This document shows positions 40,401 through 50,613 of a stretch of DNA of 64,000 nucleotides, one piece after another (the first letter of the stretch is position 1; every line of letters begins with the position of its first letter). The notes under the pieces were generated by a model. The model was not told the origin of the DNA and made no database searches. It saw only the letters and a list, made by a program, of their open reading frames with translations. The DNA is taken from the NCBI GenBank assembly GCA_036172245.1, contig JAYWIR010000004.1, positions 2,666,001 through 2,730,000 on the forward strand, given 5' to 3'. Both the position numbers and the translations under genes were made by a program. Source of the stretch: Raillietiella orientalis (Eukaryota).

Positions 40401-43400
40401 CTGGGCACGAGCATGGCAGACACCCTTCTCCCTTCACGTGCTGTGAGTTGCGTCCGAATGCCCCGGGCGTTCGTCCAGAGATGCGGACGCATCCAGAGGA
40501 GGAAGGAAGAGGGGTGCCGGCGTACCCCCGAGGGAGACCCCCGTGCTCACTCCGCCGTGCCTTTGTCCCCCCCCCCTTCGTCCTCCTCCAAGGTCCTCCT
40601 CGATTGCGCCTCCTCGGGGATGGGGGAGATCAAGGGGAAAGTCCGTTTCCGCGCGTCCCTTCGAAGGGAGGGGGAGAGGGCAGGAACGCAACCTGTCTCG
40701 CCGAACGGACGGACGAGTTCCCCCCCGGTGACGGTTCGCGGCTCCTCTCTCCTGCCGCCTGTTCCCAAAGCGACGGCCGCGCACCCCCCCCGGAGCGGGA
40801 TGGGTGGATTCGAGGACAGAAGGGTGGAGACGGGAGGGGAGCGGAGAAGACTCTCCGGGAGGAGGAAGAGGGTGCTCCCCTCCCCCCCGCACGCCCGCAC
40901 TGAAGGCGGCGGCAGCGGTCCTGGGGCGGCCGCGGCGGCAGGAGCTCTAGAGAGGGAGGGGGAGGGAAGCGCCTTGAGCGGGGGCGGAGGAAGGCAGCCG
41001 CCATCGCCGCCGCCACGTCGCAGGGTCCCTGCGCACCGTCGCCGCCGCATGGGGGCGTAAACAACCAACGCCCCACGGTGCTCGTCCGAAAGCAGGTTGA
41101 GAGAGATGGGGCCCCCAGGGCACCCTCCCGCCCCTTCCGCGCCGTTGCCCTCTCCGTCGCCGCCGCCGCCACCCCCTTCTTCCCCTCCTCGTCCCTGGGA
41201 GACGCGCAACCCCCCCGCTGCTGCCCGGCGCCAGGACGCCCGCGCGCGCGTCCCCGGAAACTCTCACGAGTGCCCCGGGGGCGAAAGAGGGCGGCGCTCC
41301 GAGTTTTGGAATGCCGTGCGGGTCACGCGGCCGGTCACGCCATCCGCAGGCGGCCGGGTTCCCCTCCCTCCCTGCCCCTCCTCCTCTCCCTCCCCCTCCT
41401 CCCCGTTTGGCCGCGCCCGTGGCGCGCCAGTCGTGAGGACTCCTCGTGCCGCCCGCGGTGCGCCCCTGCGGGGTTCGGTTGGGACGAAGAGGAGGGGGGG
41501 GGGTGAGCGCACGCGCCCCCGGGAGGGGAGGGGATGACAGAAGGGACGGTGGGTGGGCGTCAGGTCGTCCAGACGTCCCTGAGGGCCCGCTCCCAAGCCT
41601 CGCTGCTGGCAGCAGGCAAGTGCGGGGACCGTGTCGAGCCCGGGTGGGTCCTACAGGGACAGGAAGAGGAAGACATCGCCACCCCACACCCGTCCTGGAC
41701 CGCGGTACCGTCGGTGGAGCAACGCGGTCCACCGGCGCCTCCCGCAGCGGGCGAAGAGCGGCACCACAAGAGCAGGCTCGGACCTTCCCCCCCACCTTCG
41801 CGCCCGCCCCGGGTGCGGAATATCCCAGGACACCCGCCCTGTTGCTTCCTTCCCCGGCGGCCGCACCGCTGCATCCTCCGGCCCCGAAATGCAGGGGAAG
41901 GGGCGGCGGCCCCTCGGGGAGAAGGGATCCTCCTCTTCCCACTTTGCTGAGGGTCCTGACCCTGCGATCACCCCCCCCCCCCGCCTTCCCTCCCGCCGCC
42001 GCCGTCGCCTTGGAGAGAGCGCGCCCGCGGGTCTCCTCCTCCTCCTCCGTCGCCGCCGCCACGTTCGGAAGGGAAGCGGCCAGCCGCGGGGCGCAAAGGT
42101 CCTCCCCGCCGCGAGACGCCGCCACCTGTTTCCACGGGAACAAAAGCGCGCGTTGCTCGGCGGCGGCGGCGTCGCCGCGCTCCCGCCGCTACGTGACGCC
42201 TCCATCGCCCCGCGACAAGTGCAGGAATGCGGCCGGGCCGGCTCCGCGGTGTCTGGAGCGCACCTGGGCAGGTAGGAGCGCGGCAGCGGCGGCGGCGGCG
42301 GCGGCGGCGCGCGTGCGCGTGTGTGGCCGCCGCCGCCGCCTCGCTGCCCTCCCGTCCTCCTCCTCCCCCTCCGCCGCCGCTGCCGAGAGGGAAAGGGACC
42401 TCCTCTCCCCCCTCCCCCCTTATTTCTCGCCGCCACGCTTTCCCCGCACCCCGCACAAGTCCCGAGATGCTCCGCGCTCGCCGAGACGGGGGAGGGGCGG
42501 CAGGAAAGCAAATGGAAGGGAAGGGGGGGGGGAGGAAGAAAGCGCCGGGAGCGCGCGCCCCGCCTGCGCCCGCGCTCCTGGCGGCGGCTGCTGCTGCTGA
42601 TGCTCCTGGGCGGAGGTCACGACGGGACGCGGCGGAGGCTGTTGCCGTCTTCGCATTCCATCAGACCCTTCCCGCGGCGCCCCGCCATCTCTCGGATGCC
42701 CTGGCAGGCGTCGCCGCAGCAGCGGCGGGCCGGCAAAAAGGTTCGCGCACGGAGCGAGAGCCCGAGGGCAGACAGGCACGGGACCGCAGAGGATGAGCCT
42801 TGGAGGGGCATCTGCCTGAGTCCCCCCCCTGCCCTCGCTAACCTACGGTCTTCCCGGACGGGAGTCGCGCGCGCGCGGAGGGCGTGACCCGCCCGAGGGG
42901 GAGCCTGCGCTCGCTTTTCGTAACGGGGAATTCGGGAACGCGAGCTTCTCCGTCGGGCTGTCTGCTTTCTCTCTCCCGCCGGGATCCTCCCGGAGGAAGC
43001 CGCCGCCGCGGCATGCAACGCGTCACGTCACGTCCCTGCCACTCCCCTTCGCCCGCGGGTGACACAAACCGGGAAGGAAGGCCGCTGAGGAGTTCCAGAA
43101 GGAGTCCCCGGGGAGGGGGCGGCGGGGGGGGGGAGGAGGAGGAAGGGTGCCTGTTCGCTCGCGGCAATGGGCCGATGCCGCACCACCGGACGCCGTCCCG
43201 CGGGAGCCCGGAAGCGGACGGGAGAGGTGCACTGACTGTTTGGGCGGCGGAACCCGAGGTGGCAGCACTGGAACCGAGTGGCGGGGCTCCCGGCCACGAT
43301 GGGAGGCTGGCCGGCATCGCGGGAAGCTCGAGAGAAGGCCGGAAAGGAGGAGGGGGGGGGGGGAGAGGCTCCGTTTCCGGGATAGGAGGCGCGCGGGTCC

Positions 43401-44126
43401 CGGTCGTCGCCCGTTGCCTCGGAAACCGTTTCCGGAGAACGGGAGGGAAGCGGTTCCGCAGCGGCGGCGGTTCCGCGCGCTTGTTCCGGGATCTGCGCAG
43501 GGCGGCGGCGGCGGAGGCGGGAATGCCGGGATCGAGCGCGCCCGCGCCGGGGAGGGGCGGAGGGCAATCCACGCCCTCCCCCTCCCTCGCTGCCTTGAGG
43601 GCGTAGGCGGCGGGAAAGGCGACAGCCTTGCCATTGCCCGGACCGACCGACTGGCGCATGCGGCCACCCCTTCCGCCTCGCCGAGTATGGGGGGAGAAGG
43701 AACGTGGCACGTCGCTGTGCGGGCCGGACGCACGGGGGCTCGCCTGGTCTGGCCCGGCCTGCACGGCGGCGCTGACGGGGACCTTCGGGAGGAAGAGGAG
43801 GAGGATGGGACCCGCGCGTACCGTTGGCTGCTTCGCGGGGGGAGAGAGCCGGGGGAGGGGGGAGGAGCGGAAGCGCGGCCCGCGCCCGCGCGCGGCTTAT
43901 CAGCGTGGGAACGGACGCGGCTCGCAGCGCGGTCGCACAGGTGCGCGCGTACCTGACCGGCGAGCCCACCCAAGGATGCGGAACGTCGCCCCAGGCGGCC
44001 TACACGCCGCACCTCTCTCGCTCGCGGGAGGACGGCGGCGGCGGCGGCATTCCGCGGGGGCGGCATAGCGTCATCTCGCCGTCGCGCGACCCGCGCCGTG
44101 GGAGAGAGGAGAAGGGGAAAGAGGAC

Positions 44127-44200
44127 CGACCGGAGGCGGAAGGGGGGGGGGAAGGGGAGGGCGACCGGAGGCGGAAGGGGGGGGGGAAGGGGAGGGCGAC
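44127..44200. repeat. 35-bp perfect tandem duplication containing G10 runs
   Basis: cgaccggaggcggaa(g)10aaggggaggg occurs twice, followed by cgac. Confidence 0.9.
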
Positions 44201-45648
44201 TCGCTGGCTGGCTGGCTGCGTGCGCCGGCGCCGAGTTACCCCATTCGCCTCTTACATCCCCATCCACCCCATTCCGCCCTCCCGTTCTTACTACCCCCCC
44301 CCTCTCTCTCTCCCCCTCCACCCGAGAGCGCGCATGCTACGGCAGTGGCGTTCCCGTGGTTACGAGCGAATGGTTGTTCCGGCAGTGCCGAGAGAGAGCT
44401 CGAGGAACGCTGCGCCATTTCGCGGCCTCTCCCGGAGAGAAAACGAGAGGGGCGAGGCCGAGGTGGGTCGCTCCCCGGGCCCCGCACCCTTCCTCTCCCG
44501 TTCCATCCGAGGTCGTTCCATCATTCGCTCGCCCACGATGAGGAGCGGAAGATGAGCAGCGTCTCCAGTCCCCAACTCCCCTCAGGGCAGTCCTCGGTTC
44601 TTTCCCCCTCCCCCTTTTCTAGTCGCCCCCCCATGCCCTGCTCCTCCGCGCGTGCAATGCGATGACCACCACCGGTTCCGCTTCTTGTAGGGCGCGCGCG
44701 CACTTCGCACCGCCTCGAGGACGGGCAGATTCGCCATCTTCCTTTGTAGTTCGCCGTAGGCGCAGTCGCAGGGGCGGCCGAAGGTTGCCCAAGTGGACAC
44801 CGTGGCGAGCGTTCGCTTCCCCCCCCCCCCTTCGCCTCCGGCGCTGCTGCGGATCGCTACGGACCCGAAATTTCGGTGGGGCAGGGGAAGGAGGGAGACC
44901 CCACCCCCATCCCCTCACCCACCCCTTCCCTTTCTCCTTGTTGAAACGGAAGGGGCCGGAGTGCGCGGCTGGTGGTGGTGGTGGTGCGCGCGGCTCAACG
45001 CGAGGCGGCTGGTGTGTCGGTGTGCACCTGCTTGCTGCGGCTGCTGGAGGTCGTCGAGGTCGTCCCGGAAGGGAAGGCGAGCGGATCCTCTGGGGAAAGC
45101 GAGAGTCCTGATGCGGGCGGAGGCGAAAGGGGGAGCGTAGCCTGCCAGGTGGGGAGAAAGGAAGGGGAGAGGCGCCCGCGGAACGGTCGCGCCATCAGTC
45201 CACTGGCAGCCGGGTGCGATTCTCCTCCCGGTCCCCTCTTCCTCCTCTGAGGCACCCGGGGCCTGTCGCGGAACGGCCCGAGCCGACGGCGAGGAAGGGG
45301 GAGGGGGAGATGAGGGAAGAATCCTTCCCATCCGCCGCCACATCTCTCGGGACGGAAGGAGACAGCACGGCGCGGTCTTGGTCTTGCGTTGCCTTCCCAA
45401 GGACCCGGTGCGCGCAGCCGCCTCCGCCGTCATGCGTGCGAGAAGGTAGGGAACAGGACGAGGAAGCGGGAGGGAAGTGGGGGGAGGAGGAGGAGGAGGA
45501 GTGCGGTGATTCGCAACGCGGCGGCGCCCGCAAACGGCACGCCTCCTCCACCTCTTCCATCTTGGCGGGTTGACGACGGACACACCGCCCGCATTTCGTT
45601 CGCTCTGACGACCGGCGACGACGACCAGCCCGGAACACGTGCGCGGGT

Positions 45649-45682
<34 letters not shown>

Positions 45683-48446
45683 GCGGTGACCAACGTGACC
45701 TTGCACTTTCGTGTTCTCCTACTTCGAGATTCCGATCGAACACTTGTGCTTCGCGAGCATCCGCTTCGCGAGCGCGAGAGAACGGTCGCTCCCCTCTCCC
45801 CCTCCTTCCTTCGCGCGCGCGCACGCATGCACGCACGACGCAAGCTCCGATGCGTGTCCAGCAGGAACGGGCGACCTCGGAGACTTCCGCGTGAGGTGAG
45901 GGAGGGGTGAGGCTCGTGGTCTTGCGGGAGGGAGGAAGGAAAGAAGAAAGTTCCGCACGGGCCGCCACGTCCCCAGCAGCTTTCAGGGGCCTCTTCACCC
46001 TGGGCGGCGAAAGGCGTCCCTCTTCATCCGAGTGCCTGCGCGTCCTCCCTCTCTCTCGGTTGCGATCACCGCTGGTTCCTCACTCCCAGCTCACTCCCAT
46101 GCGCTCTCCGAAGACTCTCGGGGGAAACGACCAACTAGGCCGGGGCTGCCCAAAGTGGGAAGCGGCAGCGACACGACACGGGAATCGCGTTCCTCGTCGC
46201 GCACGCGTACCAGCGGGGTCACGTTACGTCCAACCTCGGTGGCGCTGGGCCAGAATTTCTCTAGGAAACACACCGAGCGGAACGATCCATCTCCACGCGT
46301 TGGCGATCGTTCCACCTTCGCCCCCTTCCAGATTCGGCATTTTCCCCCATTGCGCCCAAGAAACTTTTCACGCGCGTCCACCGTGGCACACCCTCTCCCC
46401 TGCTTCCTTCCGTGGCGTGCTTGGACGTGCTCGTCCAGAGAGAGGCCTATTACGTGCCTGACCACAAAAATTTAAAATGCCCAAAAGAAAAAGTGACCGT
46501 GTGTGAAGAAGAAGCATGCCCTCCTCCTCGGCTACGTTGACCACATGAGCGGGCGCTTCCCTTTTTTTTTTTTCTTCTCCCATTGATCCGGCCGTTCAGC
46601 GAAATCGCGCGCTGAGTGTATGTGTGTGTGTGTGGGGGGGGGGAGGACGCAGGGTAACGGCTCGCTTGCACCGGAGTCGTGCTGTCTGCAGCCCCCCCCC
46701 CGTCCCCCCCACCAGCTGGCCAATTCGGTGTCACCGCCGCAACAATACAAACGACAACAAAGTATCGATCGATCCGATTGACGCTGATCGGGGAGCGCGA
46801 ACCTCCCCCCCCCCTCCCCCAGGAATAAATAAATGAATACATAAAAAAATTTTGAATCGGGAAACCGCAGGGATGCTCCTCTCGATTTCCCTACTCTGAA
46901 TTCGTCCGAAACTCATCGTCAACACGCCACGCGGAAGAATAGGAACGCACCTTCCTTTTTTCCTTATTCCTTTTTCCTCCCCCCCCCCCTCCCTTCTTGC
47001 CGATCTGCTGCTGCTGCTCGTGATATTTCCATGGCGATTCCAATAGGAGCGAAATTGAGTAATAATTGTTGGCGAAGCTTGGAGCGAACGGAAGCGCATC
47101 CGGTGGGTTTTTCCCGACCGAAATTGACACTATTACAAGTCGTTTCGCGGATTTGCAAAAAAAAAAATTGCGTTTTATTGCGACTGGGGAAACACATGCA
47201 CACACACACACACACACACACAAAAAAAAAAGGAAAATCACGGGATCGTGTGTTGCATTATCATCTCCGATACGTGGTGTGTTCTCGGGCACCGGGACGC
47301 CGCGACGTCCGCAAAAGCTCCGATGGCCTGCAACGGCAAATTTGTGTGGGAAAACATCGGGTCGCGATCGGCTGCGTGAGAGAGGAGGAGGAAGCTTCTG
47401 GGAAATCCTCGGACCCTGGGAATGATGTAATATAGAATAAATAAACTTCCTCTGCGTAGAGAACAATCCGGCCGAAACGCAGATCCCCCTCCCTCTGGGC
47501 ACTGAAATGCCAGATGGAGGCATCCCGACTATGGAAAGCAGCATGCTGCGTTCCGGTTTCAATCACAGGTGCGCACGCTGCACAAAAAGAGCCAAGCCCT
47601 GCTACTCACCGTTTCCTTTACAAATTTTCCTTCTCACAATGCAAACGCAACGTGTTGCATTTAATTTGAATGTTGGCTGATTGTGAAAGGCAAACGGACT
47701 CGAACGTGGCCGGGTTTGAGGACAGCTGTAATCGGCGGTCCTGTTACTTCAGCATCTTTCTGCCTTTTCGCTCCGGATGGTGGCTTTCTGGTTTACATTT
47801 CCACGAGGGGCCCCCGAAGACTTCCAGGATTCCGAATTACCTTTCGGCTCGGACCTTCTTGTCTCACCTTATCGATTGCTTGCACAGCCGGAATCTTTAC
47901 CCGTTCCAGTGTAAAGATGAGCAGAAGGGACTCCATTCATCCGAAACGATTTCCATTTTAATGCAGGAGAAGTTAATTTTCACGAAGTGGATGCAGTGAA
48001 AGAGTTACTGAACTCGATTTCGAGTTTACTCCAAATCAAAGAAATGGCATTTTTCTTTTTTTTTTTGCTTCTTTTCGAGAATGATCTCGTTTGTACCGGA
48101 ACGTGCTAATGTGCTGATTATCTTTTGACACAACTGTTTTCCGTTCCAGATGGAAGCGGCACAAGAAATCTGTAAGTGATCTCGTGATACACAGATGCTT
48201 GAAAGCATTAATACATGCACGTATACACATATTTATTGTGTGTTGGGGACTTTCGCTGATTGAAAGCCCGGAGGGGAAAACATTCTTTTCAGCATTGCGA
48301 CGACGACGACGAGTTTCATCAAACAAGCAAGAAAGAAGCTGGGATGATAAAAACCCATTTGAAAATATTGCCCTCCTCCCCCCCCCCCCCCCCCTCTTCC
48401 TTTGCCGATCACTTCGAATCACAATAACCACTTAAAATATGACAAA

Positions 48447-48460
48447 GTTTCCATGGCGAC
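48447..48460. promoter_or_regulatory. Candidate RFX X-box ~1.6 kb upstream of the + strand HLH gene
   Basis: GTTTCCATGGCGAC versus the consensus GTTNCCATGGNAAC. Confidence 0.3.
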
Positions 48461-49990
48461 AAAATATTTTTGCGCGGGAACCACTCAAAGTCAGCTGTAC
48501 GTCCCGCTTAGCTCCGATATATAGGGTAAAACCATCACCCGCCAAAAAAGTAATTCCTGCGAATTATGTCGATGAGAAAATTATTCCATGGTCAATAAAT
48601 AGCAGATGCATTTGTAACCACTGTTGACAAATGCCATGCCACGTACATCACTCACACTGCCTGTGCATACCTGTGACCCTGATGCTGATACACATTTGTG
48701 AAAGCAAGTAATTGCTTTAAGACTTCGGTAAGGATTCGACCTTTGGAATTCGCCTGAGTAATTCGTTTCATCCGATTTCTGATGGTTTCGCTTTGGTCTT
48801 CCGGAAAGGAAAAAGAAAAGTTCGGGCAGTGCTTAAAGTACTGGATTCTCAACTAGGCCCGACACCTGAACGAGGGCATTTATTTTTCTCATCTCGTTCT
48901 TCAGTCATAGACGGAAAAACCAACCGGAGAAAGAAAAGGAACTACAGGGAATCAAGCACACACCATTTGGGGATGAAAGAAAATTCCTCAACTGTTTTTT
49001 TCCCCAGGAAAAAGTGGATACTTGGATTGCGAATTTTCCGAATTCTCTGGAAGACCCAAACAAAACAGTATTGCCAACATAAGTAAAAAAAGAAAAAAAG
49101 ACGACTCGAAAACAAACTGTCCATTCTAGCTGATTTTCATCTTTCGTTCCGCCTCTGACATTTCGTTGTATGCTTTCCACTGACTCGATATTTGCATCTT
49201 TTTATACTCGTGGATAGTTGAAAGATTTTTTGGGAGATGTTACAACAAAAAATAGGAAATTTAGTGGTTTACCTAATAGTAGCAAGAAAAAAAAAAAAAA
49301 AGACAGGACCTTTCCAAAGATGCTGTCTGCTTTCTCCCCAAATATGAGGAAATAAGCCGAATCACATGCAAGAGTCACCAAATCGTTGTCTGGCATCAAT
49401 GGAACAAAAAGGAAATGATGAACCAAAAAAAGGAAAAAAAGGAAAAAAAAAAAAAAAAAAAGGAGAGAGACTGGGTCTAGGAATCTTGTTTGCAGACACA
49501 TCCTGTCTGTGAATGAACGTATTCAACACAGCTGTTTGACGGATCTCAACACAAACGAATTCCACATTTCCATGAGAATGAAAACCACACAACTTACGAC
49601 TGCATGCAATGCAGCTTCCGGTAATGAAGTTCAAAATTAAGAATCGCAAGAGAACCTGGTCTTCTGGTGGAAAATGCCACCCCCTTGCTTTCTTGGGACT
49701 TTTGAGGAGGAGAGGGAGGGGAGGGGGCATTTCCTGTCCAGACCAAAGGTCAATTTTTTTTGGCAGGAGAAAACGGGAAAGGCGAATGCATACCCACTGA
49801 AATTGAGTAAAGCCTGCTTTGCTCACGTTCCTGGGGTAAAAAGGTTGGAACGAGCTTTTTATTCAGTACAAGTTCATGTGGTGAAAGCAAAGCACGGAGG
49901 AGCCTCCCTCCGCGTATCTCTGCATGGAATCGTCGGTCCCATTCGAATGCTCCGGAGCGCATCCCGCGGCAACGGCCAGGGAAATACGTG

Positions 49991-50060
49991 GCGCATGCGC
50001 GCTGGACGCCCTCCCTCTCTATATAAGGGGGACCCCGAGGAAGACAGCGCGGTAGTTTGC
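49991..50060 (+). promoter_or_regulatory. Core promoter of the Id-like HLH gene (NRF1/Ewg site, TATA box, Inr-like)
   Basis: GCGCATGCGC at 49991-50000, TATATAAG at 50020-50027 and TAGTT ~30 nt downstream. There is no ATG between this site and 50107. Confidence 0.7.
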
Positions 50061-50106
50061 TGCTCGGTGCCTGCGCGAGACTGGCTGCATAGCGGGAGGA
50101 AGTGAA

Positions 50107-50379
50107 ATGATAAAGATTCGGAAGCAGCGTATGTACCGTGTCAGGAGGATGTCGTCTCTCCGCAACCGCCAAGTCGACGCCTACCTGAAAAAGCTCGTAG
50201 AACTGATCCCATGCATTCCGAAACAAAAGAGACTCTCTCGCTTCGAGGTCATTCAGTTGACTATCGAGTACATATGTAAGTTGCAGCGCACGCTTCAAGA
50301 GCATCCTTTGATATCTTTAAAGGAGCAGCACAACGAGGGCTTAGAAATCTCTTCTAAGAGCAGATCATTACAGGTATAA
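50107..50379 (+). CDS. Divergent Id/emc-like helix-loop-helix protein with Arg/Lys-rich N-terminus (90 aa unspliced)
   Basis: YLKKLVELIPCIPKQKRLSRFEVIQLTIEYICKLQRTL is an Id/emc-type HLH, with 18/45 ungapped identities to the 57845-58102 protein. It has a TATA box upstream and AATAAA downstream. Confidence 0.9.
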   Translation: MIKIRKQRMYRVRRMSSLRNRQVDAYLKKLVELIPCIPKQKRLSRFEVIQLTIEYICKLQRTLQEHPLISLKEQHNEGLEISSKSRSLQV

Positions 50380-50420
50380 ACGGTTGTGCCCGGTCAGCGT
50401 AACGGTACTTTTTGTTCCAG

Positions 50421-50432
50421 CAATGTGGCTAA
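50421..50432 (+). CDS. Possible terminal mini-exon (QCG-stop) of the Id-like gene
   Basis: CAG|GTATAA at 50371-50379 and tttttgttccAG ending at 50420 define a 47-nt phase-0 intron, followed by CAA TGT GGC TAA. Confidence 0.4.
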   Translation, partial: QCG

Positions 50433-50607
50433 AACATTTTCTGCTGAAAATGATGTCTACTGAGTAACCAGTTGGTCAAGTGAGGTGCTGCTGCTGTTTA
50501 AGCAAACACAATTGCTATGACTAGTGTACAGTGGCATACATGGATTTGTTCCTGAGACCTAAAGCGATAGAATTCCATTTTATTACAACGGTGTGATTAA
50601 GTTTAGT

Positions 50608-50613
50608 AATAAA
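50608..50613 (+). terminator. Polyadenylation signal of the Id-like gene
   Basis: AATAAA ~230 nt after the stop, followed by a T/GT-rich tract (cttgtttttg at ~50634-50643). Confidence 0.7.

Larger units (their letters stand above)
35200..46450. other. Very GC- and CpG-rich domain with G/C homopolymers and GGA/GGC/CCG triplet runs
   Basis: By-eye composition is far above the 1-33 kb background. It has overlapping low-complexity ORFs in all six frames, none with a recognisable domain. Confidence 0.85.
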
